DNA from: an uncultured Gemmatimonadales bacterium
GTDB lineage: Bacteria > Gemmatimonadota > Gemmatimonadetes > Gemmatimonadales > Gemmatimonadaceae
Length of the DNA stretch: 64,000 nucleotides
Direction: 5' to 3'
Assembly (NCBI GenBank): GCA_963851265.1
Contig: CAWKNZ010000003.1
Span: 96,001 to 160,000, forward strand
In this document: one piece after another, positions 9,916-19,137 of the stretch
How the letters are laid out: every line of letters starts with the position of its first letter
Numbering within the stretch: position 1 is the stretch's first letter
Position numbers and translations under genes: made by a program
The notes under the pieces: generated by a model
What the model was told of the DNA's origin: nothing
Databases searched by the model: none
What the model saw: only the letters and a program-made list of their open reading frames with translations

Positions 9916-10781
9916 CTGCGGTATACCGCTGGACGCACGTACGTGAACTCGTGCGCCAGCGCGGTGAGGCTCTCCGAGTGCCCGACGAACAGGTACCCGC
10001 CAGGCGCGAGCAGGGCGTGGAACCGCGCCACGAGCGCTTCCTGGGTCGGCTTGTCGAAGTAGATCATGACGTTCCGGCAGAAAATCATCTGGAACGGCCC
10101 GCGCATCGGCCACGGCCCGAGCAGGTTCAGCCCGGCGAAGCGGACCTGCGAGCGGAGCGAGGGCCCGACGGTCCAATCGCCGTCGGCCTCGCGCGTGAAA
10201 TACCGGCGGCGTAGCGCGTCGGGCACGTCGGCCGTCTGCGCGTCCGTGTACGTCCCGCGGATGGCATGCTCTAGCACGCGGCGCGACAGGTCGGTCGCGA
10301 GCACGCGCGCGCCCTCGGGCGTTCCGTTGCCCGCGAGCGTCTCCCGCAGCACCATGGCGATCGTGTACGGCTCCTCCCCCGACGAACACCCCGCGCTCCA
10401 CACCCGGATGGGCGAGCCCGCTCCGGCGAACGCGGGGATGACGGTGTCGCGCAGCAGGTCGAAATGCGCTGATTCCCGGAAGAAGCTCGTCTTGTTCGTC
10501 GTCAACAGGTCGATCATCTCGGCCCGCTCGCGCCCGCTCGCGTCGTCGCGCACGCGCGTCAGATACGCGTCGAACGACGGCACACCGAGTTGCCGCAGGC
10601 GCCGAGAGAGCCGCGACTGCACGAGCCCTTCCTTACCCGGGGGCAGCTGGATGCCCGCGATGCTCGCGACCGTCCGGCTGATTTCGGCGAACTGCGCCGG
10701 ACGGAGTTCCGCGTCGTAAGACGCGCCGAACGGATCGCTCGCCGGTGCGGTCGCGGCAGCGCCGCGTGTGGAGGTCGACAT
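9912..10781 (-). CDS. cheR: Chemotaxis methyltransferase CheR
   Basis: LTTNKTSFFRE, WSAGCSSGEEPY, IFCRNVMIYF, GHSESL. Confidence 0.96.
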   Translation of the reverse strand: MSTSTRGAAATAPASDPFGASYDAELRPAQFAEISRTVASIAGIQLPPGKEGLVQSRLSRRLRQLGVPSFDAYLTRVRDDASGRERAEMIDLLTTNKTSFFRESAHFDLLRDTVIPAFAGAGSPIRVWSAGCSSGEEPYTIAMVLRETLAGNGTPEGARVLATDLSRRVLEHAIRGTYTDAQTADVPDALRRRYFTREADGDWTVGPSLRSQVRFAGLNLLGPWPMRGPFQMIFCRNVMIYFDKPTQEALVARFHALLAPGGYLFVGHSESLTALAHEFTYVRPAVYRR

Positions 10782-10911
10782 CCGGGTCAGCAGCTCGCGA
10801 GAACGTCGACGTCACCGTCGAACGGCAGCGCGCCGAAACCGGCTGTCAGTCCGGTTCGCGTGCGCAGGGTGCGACGCACGGGCGACGTTGAGCGGAGACG
10901 AGGCACCCGCG

Positions 10912-11520
10912 TCAGATCCCGGCGTCTGCGATGATCGGCAGCTGCTCGACCTCGTCGGCCGCGAGCACCCGGTCCAAGTCGAGCAGCAGCCGCACGCGGC
11001 CACCCTCGTCGGTCGCCCTGCCGCGTTGCGCGTCAGCGCCCGCCGGCTTGGCGATCCCGAGCAGATAGTCCGTCCGCACCCCCGGACCGAAGCTCGGTGC
11101 GTCCTCGATGTCCCCCTCCGCGATCGGCGCGACCTCGCTCACGCGATCGACGACGATCCCCATCGACACGTGGTGCGCGCGCGCGCCCTCGTCCTCGGCG
11201 CGCAGCGCGACCTCGACGACGATGATGCAACGAAGGGCGGCCGCCGCGGCCGATCCGCGCTCGTCGGCAGTCGTCGTCTCGTCGGACGACGGCATGCCGA
11301 AACGCTCGCGCAGGTCCACGATCGGAATGACCTTCCCGCGCAGATTGATCACGCCCCGCATGAAGGGCGGCGTGCGCGGGACGCGCGTGATCGGCTGGAG
11401 GCCGATGATCTCCTGCACCTTCATGATCGCGACGCCGTACTCCTCGTCGGCGAGGAAGAAGGTGAGGTACTTGCCACCGCGCGCGGCGTCACGCGTGGTC
11501 GGAGCGATCGCGGTACTCAT
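10912..11520 (-). CDS. cheW: Chemotaxis coupling protein CheW
   Basis: YLTFFL..EYG..VQEII..GVINLRGKVIPIVDL. True start is the ATG at 11520. Confidence 0.93.
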   Translation of the reverse strand: MSTAIAPTTRDAARGGKYLTFFLADEEYGVAIMKVQEIIGLQPITRVPRTPPFMRGVINLRGKVIPIVDLRERFGMPSSDETTTADERGSAAAAALRCIIVVEVALRAEDEGARAHHVSMGIVVDRVSEVAPIAEGDIEDAPSFGPGVRTDYLLGIAKPAGADAQRGRATDEGGRVRLLLDLDRVLAADEVEQLPIIADAGI

Positions 11521-11651
11521 TGCTAGGTCGGGATCAGAGGAAGGCGGAAGGGCGTGTGCGGCCGGCCGGTGTAGGGCCGCCGCCACCCGCACGTATCGGC
11601 GGGTGCGAGATCGACTGCATTGCGGCCGCGTGGCTCCGGCCGCCACCGGGA

Positions 11652-13883
11652 TCACGCGGCGTGGCGGGCGCCCCGCAGAGGGCCGGATTCGTCCAGCGCT
11701 TCGCCGCGTTCGGCGAGCGCAACCACCTCGGCTACGTCCAGGATGAGTCCCACGCGCCCGTCGCCGAGAATCGCACCGCCCGCGACGCCCGCGACCCGAC
11801 CGACGCCGCTGCCTAACGACTTGGCGACGACCTGCTGTTGACTCAACAGCTCGTCGACGAGGAGCGCGGACCGTCGCTGCCGCCCGTCGCCGACGATGAC
11901 GAGCAGGGCGCGTGCGGGGTCGAGTTCGGCGCCGTCGATCTGGAACAGGCGGTGCAGGCGGACGACCGGAAGCACCTCGCCACGGAGCGTGACCACCTCT
12001 CCCCGTCCGCCAATCGTCCGGATCGCGTCGGGCGACGGGCGGAAACTCATGTGGATGTTCGTGGTCGGGACGACGTAGCGCTCGGTACCGACACGCACGA
12101 GCATGCCGTCCGTCACCGCGAGCGTGAGCGGCAGGCGTACGGTGAACGTGCTGCCCATCCCGGCCCGGGAGGTGATCTCGACGCGACCGCGCGCGCGCTC
12201 GACGTTCCGGCGCACGACGTCCATCCCGACGCCGCGGCCCGAAAGGTCGGTCACCTGGTCGACCGTCGAGAACCCGGGCGCGAAGATGAGCTGGTACACG
12301 TCCGCGTCGCTCATCCCGTGCTCGCTCGCGATGATCCCCTTCTCGATCGCCTTGCGGACGATGCGCTCGCGGTTGAGCCCGCGCCCGTCGTCGACCAGTT
12401 CGACGACGACGCTCCCGCCCGAGTGGAACGCGGAAAGCCGGACCGTGCCGTGACGCGGCTTGCCGGCCGCGACGCGCTCGTCGGCCGGTTCGATGCCGTG
12501 GTCGATCGCGTTGCGCACCATGTGCACGAGCGGGTCGCCGATCACGCCGACGAGGGCGCGGTCGATCTCCGTGTCGTCTCCCTCGGTGACGAACTCGACC
12601 TCCTTGCTGACCTTCGCCGACACGTCGCGCACGAGCCGCGTCATCTTCTGGAACGTCGCCTTGAGCGGCACCATGCGCATGCCCATCGACAGCTCCTGCA
12701 ACTCGCGCACGATCTTGCCAGCGTGTCCGAGCTTCTTGGTCAGGGTCGCGAGTGCCTGGTGCGTCTCTCCGGTCTCGGCGAGGGCGTCGTCGCCGGCGAT
12801 CATCGCCTGCGCGATCACGAGCTCGCCGACGAGGTCGACCAGTCGGTCGAGGCGGTCGGTGCGGACGCGGAGGAACTGATCCGCGTCGCCAGCGCCCGAC
12901 GCCTGCCGACGATCGGCACCCTGCCGCCGGTCCTCCTGTCGGCGCTCCTCGTGACGCCGCTCCTCGGAGCGGCGCTCGGTACCGGTCTGCGTGGCCGCGT
13001 CGGCAGTCGCCGCGGGTGGCGGCGCCGGGACGTCCGCACGTACCGTGGCGACGGCGGGCGCGTCGACCGGCGCCGCCGTGGGGTCGTACGCCGCGAGGGC
13101 TCCGGCGAGGGTCGCGTACTCGCCGGGCACGAAGATCGTGCCGCCCGGGCCGTGCGCTCGCAGCGTGTCGTCGATCGCGTCGAGCAGCGCCTTGAGCATG
13201 TCGACGGAGCGGAGCGCGAGTTCGGCGCACGCCGTGGTGTATGCGATCTCTCCGGCACGCACGCGGGCGAGCAGCGACTCCGCCTCGTGCGCGAAAGCGC
13301 TCATCCGGACGAGGCCGAGGAACGCGCTCGTGCCCTTGATCGTGTGAAACGCCCGGAACACGGTATTGATCGCCTCGCCGTCGTCGGGCGCATGCTCGAG
13401 AGCGAGGAGGGCGGCCTCGCTCCCCCCGAGGCAGTCGCGGCTCTCGGCGAGGAAGTCCGCGAGCAGGTCGAGGTCGACGTCGGTGGGCAGCACCTCGGGC
13501 GCGGCCGCGGCGCTCGCCGGCTCGGCGGTCGCCGGCTCGGCGGGGCGCGCTTCAACCGTCGGCGTGATCGTCACAGGCGCCACCGATGGCGCGGTCGCGG
13601 CGGGCGCCGGGGCGGCGACTCCGGACGCCGGCGCCCCGGCCATCACCTGCTCCAGCAGCGCTCCGACCTCCGCCAGCACTGCGGCGGGGTCCGGGGCCTT
13701 TCCTTCGACGAGTGGCTTCAAGGTGCGCACCGCGCGCGCCAGAAGTGGTTGTACGCTAATCGCGACCTTGTTTCCGAACGCCAGATCGGCGAGTTGGTCG
13801 CGCACGCGCCCAAGGTCGTCGCGATCCTCCGGTTCGAGTTGGAGGAAGTACGTTGCGACGTCGTCGAGGGTAGGCTCGGGCAT
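11652..13883 (-). CDS. cheA: Chemotaxis histidine kinase CheA
   Basis: P1 FRAFHTIKG, dimer domain, HMVRNAIDHGIE, SGRGVGMDVV, C-terminal CheW domain. Confidence 0.96.
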   Translation of the reverse strand: MPEPTLDDVATYFLQLEPEDRDDLGRVRDQLADLAFGNKVAISVQPLLARAVRTLKPLVEGKAPDPAAVLAEVGALLEQVMAGAPASGVAAPAPAATAPSVAPVTITPTVEARPAEPATAEPASAAAAPEVLPTDVDLDLLADFLAESRDCLGGSEAALLALEHAPDDGEAINTVFRAFHTIKGTSAFLGLVRMSAFAHEAESLLARVRAGEIAYTTACAELALRSVDMLKALLDAIDDTLRAHGPGGTIFVPGEYATLAGALAAYDPTAAPVDAPAVATVRADVPAPPPAATADAATQTGTERRSEERRHEERRQEDRRQGADRRQASGAGDADQFLRVRTDRLDRLVDLVGELVIAQAMIAGDDALAETGETHQALATLTKKLGHAGKIVRELQELSMGMRMVPLKATFQKMTRLVRDVSAKVSKEVEFVTEGDDTEIDRALVGVIGDPLVHMVRNAIDHGIEPADERVAAGKPRHGTVRLSAFHSGGSVVVELVDDGRGLNRERIVRKAIEKGIIASEHGMSDADVYQLIFAPGFSTVDQVTDLSGRGVGMDVVRRNVERARGRVEITSRAGMGSTFTVRLPLTLAVTDGMLVRVGTERYVVPTTNIHMSFRPSPDAIRTIGGRGEVVTLRGEVLPVVRLHRLFQIDGAELDPARALLVIVGDGRQRRSALLVDELLSQQQVVAKSLGSGVGRVAGVAGGAILGDGRVGLILDVAEVVALAERGEALDESGPLRGARHAA

Positions 13884-13925
13884 GGCGGGGGACGGGACCG
13901 AACGGGAACGAGTGCTGGACCCTGA

Positions 13926-14663
13926 CTACCGGCCAGCTGCGGCGGAGAAGAACGAGGACGAGCGGCTCTGGAGCGCCTGATCGAACGCGGCGAGCTCGAT
14001 CGTCAGGGCGGCGTGCAAGTCGGCCACGTCCTCGGGTGTGATGCGGCCCGACCAGAGGAAGTCGACCAGTTGCACGGTGCGGATGGCGCCGACGTTCAGC
14101 GCCGCACCGCGCATGCGGAGGACCTTCGCGGAGAGCTCTTCGCGGCCGTAGCCCTCGAGGGTCTCTCGCCCATCCTTCAGGCGCGCCAGCAACTGCACCA
14201 GCTCGCCGAGGTGATCGCGCGCGAGCGCGAGCAGCGGATGGAAGGTCCGGCTATCGACGCGCAACCGCTTCACCATGTCACGCCAGCTCTCCCAGCGCGC
14301 CGGCGCACGCTTGAGCGCCCGGTCGATGCGGCCGGCGAACGCGTCGACGTTGATCGGCTTCTTCACGAAATCCACGGCGCCGAGCGCGAGCGCGCGCTCG
14401 ACCGTCTTGGCGTCCGCGTTCGCCGTGCAGAACATGACCGGGATGTCCTGCAGGTACGGCTTCACGACGAGCCGCTCAACGAGGTCGAGGCCGTGGCCGT
14501 CAGGCAGCAGGAGGTCGGCGATGATCAGGTCGACCGGTTGGCGGTCCAGATGCTCGAGCGCCGCGTCGCCGTCGTGCGCCACCACGTGCGGACGGCGCAT
14601 CCGCTTGAGGAGCGCCGTCATGATGTGGCACGTGACGAGGTCGTCTTCGATGAGGAGAATCAC
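13926..14663 (-). CDS. Response regulator: REC domain plus a degenerate HPt-like C-terminus
   Basis: ILLIEDD..DLLLP..FCT..KKP; C-terminal VLRMRGAALNVGA. Confidence 0.8.
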   Translation of the reverse strand: MILLIEDDLVTCHIMTALLKRMRRPHVVAHDGDAALEHLDRQPVDLIIADLLLPDGHGLDLVERLVVKPYLQDIPVMFCTANADAKTVERALALGAVDFVKKPINVDAFAGRIDRALKRAPARWESWRDMVKRLRVDSRTFHPLLALARDHLGELVQLLARLKDGRETLEGYGREELSAKVLRMRGAALNVGAIRTVQLVDFLWSGRITPEDVADLHAALTIELAAFDQALQSRSSSFFSAAAGR

Positions 14664-14722
14664 GCCCCGGAGTGTCGACGCAGTCTCCGCGGCGGTTGAG
14701 CACGGAGCTGGCGCCCTGTCGC

Positions 14723-15472
14723 TCAGGCAGGTGGCGGCTCGTCCAGTGGCACTCGGAGCGTGAATACACTCCCGAGCCGCGGCGTGCTCTCAACGGTCAG
14801 CTCACCGCCCATGCGCGAGGCGAGTTCCGCCGCGAGCACGAGGCCGATTCCGATGCCGCCTTGCTCACCGGAGGACGCCCATGCGCGGAACAGGTCCGCG
14901 CGCCGCGCATCGGTCATCCCCGAACCCGTGTCCGCGACCGCACACGCGAGCGTGCCATCCGCGTCGACGTCGGCGGTGATCCGGACTTCCCCGCGGCGCG
15001 TCGCACGCACGGCGTTCGCGCCCAGGTTGAGAACGACGCGCCGCAGCGCGCCGGCGTCGGCCCACACGGTGGCGGGCACGCGGTCGGCGACGTCGACCGT
15101 CAGCGCCAGACCGCGCCGGCGCGCACTCGGCGCGAGCGTCCGCGCGACGCCTGCAAGGGCGTCGCGTATGTCGCACGGACCGCACGCGACCGCGGCGTGC
15201 GCCATAGGGTCGCCGAGGCGCGCGAGTTCCAGCGCGTCGTCGGCGAACGCCGCGAGCGCGGCGGCCGCCTCCCGAAGTGCCGCGAGGTGCGTGCGCTGTT
15301 CGGCGTCGAGCGGCGTGGTCGCGAGCAGATCGGCGCACCCCAGGATGCCTCCCAGTGGGGTGCGCAATTCGTGCGCGACCGCCGCGAGCGGTGGGACGAC
15401 CGTGCGCACGACGCCCGGCGCCTTCCCACCGCCCGCGTGTCTACCGAACGACGACGAAGACTTCGTCGGCAA
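14723..15472 (-). CDS. Sensor-less histidine kinase (HisKA + HATPase)
   Basis: HELRTPL, NLGANA, VADTGSGM, GGIGIGL, GSVF. Start uncertain. Confidence 0.85.
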   Translation of the reverse strand: MPTKSSSSFGRHAGGGKAPGVVRTVVPPLAAVAHELRTPLGGILGCADLLATTPLDAEQRTHLAALREAAAALAAFADDALELARLGDPMAHAAVACGPCDIRDALAGVARTLAPSARRRGLALTVDVADRVPATVWADAGALRRVVLNLGANAVRATRRGEVRITADVDADGTLACAVADTGSGMTDARRADLFRAWASSGEQGGIGIGLVLAAELASRMGGELTVESTPRLGSVFTLRVPLDEPPPA

Positions 15473-16136
15473 GCGCCTGACGGCACTCGGCGTTGCGGGT
15501 CGTCGCGCCGGGGTCGAACGTGCGCGGGTCGGGGCCCTGCGCGCCCGCGCGGGCGCTCGCCGCGTGGGGGTCGAACAGCTTTGCGATGAGCATGAGGCGG
15601 TTCTCCATGTCGGTCAACACGCTCGCGGCGTACGTCAGCTGCTGCGTCGTGATGTCCTGGAACTGGAGCGCCCCCATCATCCCGAAGATCTCACTCCGGA
15701 GGTCGTCGCGTAGCTCCTGCGCACGTGCCTTGTCGTCCGCGTGATCGGCGGCTTCGAGCGCGTCGACCGTGTTCCCGGCGCGGTCGAGCGCGTCGAGGAT
15801 GTCGGTGGCTGCGACCTCGGTGGCCGACGTGACTTCGCGCAGCTTTTCGCTCGTGTGCTGGAGCTTCTGGACCGTCGCGGTTTCGAGCGCGTCGAGGGCC
15901 GCCCGGCTCTGGCGCAGGTTGGCGAGGACGGCGTGGATTTCGCCGTTCGCGCGTTCGAGAATGAACGGGAGCGCCGCGAGCGTCGACCCACCGCGCGCCG
16001 CATCCTGCAGCGGGTCGGACGGCGCGGGCGTCGCGCGGCGCGGCTCGCCGGTCATCGCGCGCACCTCGCCGTCCACCATACTCAGCGCCGTTTCCGTGTT
16101 GTAGAACAGCTCGTGCCGGCCGTCCATCCCCGTCAC
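15441..16136 (-). CDS. cheZ: CheZ-like chemotaxis phosphatase
   Basis: LREVTSATEVAATDILD and ALQFQDITTQQL (DxxxQ); short amphipathic C-terminal peptide; directly follows cheY. Confidence 0.8.
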   Translation of the reverse strand: MTGMDGRHELFYNTETALSMVDGEVRAMTGEPRRATPAPSDPLQDAARGGSTLAALPFILERANGEIHAVLANLRQSRAALDALETATVQKLQHTSEKLREVTSATEVAATDILDALDRAGNTVDALEAADHADDKARAQELRDDLRSEIFGMMGALQFQDITTQQLTYAASVLTDMENRLMLIAKLFDPHAASARAGAQGPDPRTFDPGATTRNAECRQALADEVFVVVR

Positions 16137-16507
16137 CCGCCGACCCCGGCCGAGACCGACACGAGCGCGTCGATCTTTTCCTTCAGGATCTGCGGCGTGA
16201 ACGGCTTGACGATGTAGTTGTTCACGCCAGCCTCCATCGCCTCGATAATGTCCTCACGCACCGACCGCGCCGTGACCATGAGGATGGGCACCTGCTCGCC
16301 GCGCTCGCGGAGCGCCTTCGCCAGCTCGGTGCCGGTCATGTTCGGCATGTTCCAGTCGGTGATGACGAAGCGCACCGACGCGTCGAACCGGTCGAGCGCC
16401 TCTTGTCCGTCGCCGGCCTCGACGGTGTCGGTAAAGCCGATACGCTGGAGGGAGTTGACGACGATGCGTCGCATCGTCGAAGAGTCGTCCACGACCAGGA
16501 ACTTCAT
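16133..16507 (-). CDS. cheY: Chemotaxis response regulator CheY
   Basis: Stand-alone REC: LVVDDSSTMRRI, TDWNMP, YIVKPF. Confidence 0.93.
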   Translation of the reverse strand: MKFLVVDDSSTMRRIVVNSLQRIGFTDTVEAGDGQEALDRFDASVRFVITDWNMPNMTGTELAKALRERGEQVPILMVTARSVREDIIEAMEAGVNNYIVKPFTPQILKEKIDALVSVSAGVGG

Positions 16508-16522
16508 GTCGATCCTTTTCGG

Positions 16523-16837
16523 TCAGACGTCGCCGGTCGAGAGTAGCCGTTTGGCCACCGTATCGACGACGTGGGTGGAGTTGTAGGCGCCTTCGAGCAC
16601 CTTCTTTCGCAGGTCTGCCACGCGTTCCGGCGTGAGCGAACCCGTCGCTTTGGTGGACGCCTGGTTGCCCGAAAGGGCACGCCCCGCGTCTGAGATCGCG
16701 ACGGAGTCCTGACGCGGCGCGGTCGCCGCCGCCGGCTTCGCCGACGCCGCAGCGTCGCCCTTCTTGTCCGCAGGCGCGGAGGTGGTCGGGGCGACGCGCT
16801 GCGACGCGTACGGGTTCGAGATCGAGCGGATGGTCAT
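16523..16837 (-). CDS. flgM: Anti-sigma28 factor FlgM
   Basis: QDSVAISD..ERVADLRKKVLEGAY..VAKRLL; AGGAGG SD. Confidence 0.88.
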   Translation of the reverse strand: MTIRSISNPYASQRVAPTTSAPADKKGDAAASAKPAAATAPRQDSVAISDAGRALSGNQASTKATGSLTPERVADLRKKVLEGAYNSTHVVDTVAKRLLSTGDV

Positions 16838-16859
16838 GGTATTCCTCCTGTACAGGCCA

Positions 16860-16886
16860 ATATCGGCGCGCGCCCGCCGAAGTTGA
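16860..16886 (-). promoter_or_regulatory. Sigma28 (FliA) promoter of flgM and probably the che operon
   Basis: TCAA-N15-GCCGATAT on the minus strand. Confidence 0.8.
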
Positions 16887-16889
16887 GCG

Positions 16890-17435
16890 TCAGAAACGCA
16901 GGTCGAGCCGCGCGACCGGCGCTTCCGAGGGCTGCGGACCGCCCGCGCTGAGCGCGGGGATCGGGCTGCGCGGCCCCGGATCGCGCCCCGCCGCAAACCG
17001 GGTCGCGTCGCCGAGGGCACGGAGGCGGCGCCCCAGCGCGTCGTCCACGGCGTCCTGGTGCCGCAGCTCGTGCAGCGCGTCGGTCAGCGCGTCGGAGAAT
17101 GCCGGCGTGCCGAGCGTGTCGACCGCGGACGCGGCGCGCAACTCCGCGAAGTGTTCGGCGGTAGCGCCACGTTCGGAGTTGAGCTCGGCGCGCCGCACGT
17201 CGTCCCCCGCGACCGCCGCGGCCGCCTCTTCGGCCACCACGGCGGCATACTGCGCGTAGACGGTGAGCCGCGCCTCGAGGCGCGCGGCGCGCGCCGCGAC
17301 GGGGTCCGGAACGCTCGGCGCGGTGCACGTGCCGACGTGCCACCCGGGCCCAGTCTCCGCGACCACCGGGTCGGCGATCAGTGCGCGAACACCCACGCCG
17401 ATCGTTGCGGCGACGTCCTGATCAAGAGCAGGCAT
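16890..17435 (-). CDS. Hypothetical helical protein (possible FlgN/FliT-like chaperone)
   Basis: Between the fliS region and flgM; Ala-rich helices; ends ARLDLRF. Confidence 0.5.
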   Translation of the reverse strand: MPALDQDVAATIGVGVRALIADPVVAETGPGWHVGTCTAPSVPDPVAARAARLEARLTVYAQYAAVVAEEAAAAVAGDDVRRAELNSERGATAEHFAELRAASAVDTLGTPAFSDALTDALHELRHQDAVDDALGRRLRALGDATRFAAGRDPGPRSPIPALSAGGPQPSEAPVARLDLRF

Positions 17436-17510
17436 GGGCCGGCCGAGGCGAGGTCATGCCCGAGGACGCTCGGCGGGAACGCGCGTCACACCACGTCGCA
17501 CCCGCGGCGC

Positions 17511-17876
17511 TCAGCGAACGAGCGTGAGGCTTCGGTGACGCGAGGACGACGTGAAATCGTCGTCGGCGACGCGTTCGTGTAGCAGCTGCGCATGGCGGAG
17601 CGCCGCGTCTACCGGGCAGAGCGCGGCGGAGATCTGGGCGTCGGTCGCGCCGTCGTGAAGCGCGACCTGCCGCGCGACGGCCAGCGCTGCGAGTCGGGTG
17701 CCGAGTGCCGCCGTCACCCGCGTCCGCTCCGCGACCGCGACGGCGAAGTCCTCGTCCGCACCCCGCCCGGCGGCGTCGAGCGCCTCCGAGAGCAGGTCGC
17801 CAAAGCGCTCCAGCAACCGGACGATCGCGGCGGCATCGCGCGCCAGCGCCGGGAGCGTGGCGCGCTCCGTGATCAC
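17511..17876 (-). CDS. Hypothetical protein, possibly FliT-like
   Basis: 121 aa, helical, translationally coupled to fliS. Confidence 0.5.
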   Translation of the reverse strand: MITERATLPALARDAAAIVRLLERFGDLLSEALDAAGRGADEDFAVAVAERTRVTAALGTRLAALAVARQVALHDGATDAQISAALCPVDAALRHAQLLHERVADDDFTSSSRHRSLTLVR

Positions 17877-18367
17877 GCCGTACCGACGCGCGTAGCCGCC
17901 TGCGCGGCGCTGACCTGGGCGTTCGCGCCCGCGAACGCGTCGCGCAGTTCGCTGACGACGTGGAGGACGGACGCGAGCTTGGCGGGGTCCTGCGCGCTAT
18001 TGGCGGCAAACAGTTCGCGGATGCTGTACGCGTACAGGGCATCGAGCTGCCGACTGATGTCGCCGCCCGCCTCGAAATCGAGCGACGAACGCAGCTCACC
18101 GACGATGTCGGCCGCCGCGCAGATGTGCGTGGTACGCGCGGGGATGTCGCCCGCGGCGAGCGCGGCCTGGGCGCGCCGGACGGTCAGCACGCACTTGTCG
18201 AACAGCATGACGACGAGTTGCCCGGGCGTGGCGCCCGCGAGTTCCGCGTCGCGGTACCGTGCGACCTGCGCGGCCTGGGGCCGGACGGGGGCGAGGGCCG
18301 CCGCGGGCGGGCGGGGGGCGAGGCGCTGGGCCGTGGACGGGGCGTAGGCGTACGCGGGGTAGCTCAT
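17873..18367 (-). CDS. fliS: Flagellin chaperone FliS
   Basis: ATPGQLVVMLFD, ELRSSLDFEAGGDIS..LYAY, ELRDAF. Confidence 0.92.
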   Translation of the reverse strand: MSYPAYAYAPSTAQRLAPRPPAAALAPVRPQAAQVARYRDAELAGATPGQLVVMLFDKCVLTVRRAQAALAAGDIPARTTHICAAADIVGELRSSLDFEAGGDISRQLDALYAYSIRELFAANSAQDPAKLASVLHVVSELRDAFAGANAQVSAAQAATRVGTA

Positions 18368-18441
18368 CGAAAGCGGTCGGGCAGTGCGGACGTGAGGGCG
18401 GCGGGAGTCGCGGTCGTGACGCGGGTCGCGTCTACCCTGTG

Positions 18442-18468
18442 GTATCGGCAGCCCGTGCGTTCGACTAC
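18442..18468 (-). promoter_or_regulatory. Possible sigma28 promoter of fliS
   Basis: Good -10 (GCCGATAC); weak -35 (GTAG) at 15-nt spacing. Confidence 0.45.
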
Positions 18469-18483
18469 AACGGGCGCCGCGCG

Positions 18484-19116
18484 TCAGCCGAATCGGTTGA
18501 GCAGCGTCGGCGCCGGGCGTAAGACGCCGGCCTGCCCGCGAGGGCCGTACCCGCGCTGGTCATGCGCCCGGGGCTCGCCAGGTTCTGGCGTGACCGCGCC
18601 GCGATCGGAACCGCGCGACGTGCCGGTCGCGGCCGGATCGGTCGCAGTGGACGTGGTGGGTGTGGCACCGGCTGCCGAATCACCTCCCGCCCCGGTGGTC
18701 AGCCCAGCGCCGCTCCCCGGCGTGAGCCCGACCTCGGATAGTTGGCGCTTGGACGCGACGCGCCAGGCGTCGAGCTGGGCGGTGAGGTTCTGGATGGCCG
18801 ACTGGGCACGGTTGGCATCGCCCGACAGCGTTTCGAGGCGGAGCTGTACGTCGGCCTGTTGGTCGGGCGATCCCTCCTGTCGCACGCGATCGAGATGGGG
18901 CTGGAGCGCCTGCGCTCCGGCGTCCAGCTCGTCCAATCCACGTGCGGCTACGGTCGCCGCCGTCATGGCGCCGTCCGCGTCACCTCCGACAACAGACTTG
19001 GTCTGGTCGTCGACGGTGCGCGCGTAACGTCGGTACGCCGCGCGCTGCGCCTCGAGCGCGTCGATCGCAGCGCGCTGTGCGAGGGGGTCCAGAGCGGGGC
19101 GAACCGGCGGGAGCAT
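18484..19116 (-). CDS. Hypothetical flagellar protein (FlgN/FliT-like helical N-terminus)
   Basis: Between fliD and fliS; coiled-coil N-terminus, low-complexity tail ending LLNRFG. Confidence 0.55.
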   Translation of the reverse strand: MLPPVRPALDPLAQRAAIDALEAQRAAYRRYARTVDDQTKSVVGGDADGAMTAATVAARGLDELDAGAQALQPHLDRVRQEGSPDQQADVQLRLETLSGDANRAQSAIQNLTAQLDAWRVASKRQLSEVGLTPGSGAGLTTGAGGDSAAGATPTTSTATDPAATGTSRGSDRGAVTPEPGEPRAHDQRGYGPRGQAGVLRPAPTLLNRFG

Positions 19117-19137
19117 GGGATGGCGGTGCGGACGCGG

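Noticed and set aside
10912..13230. 772-aa CheW fusion (and likewise the 686-aa CDF, 798-aa activator and 734-aa FliI ORFs)
   Set aside because: The N-terminal extensions overlap real genes in other frames or on the other strand; they are open-frame artefacts of high GC.
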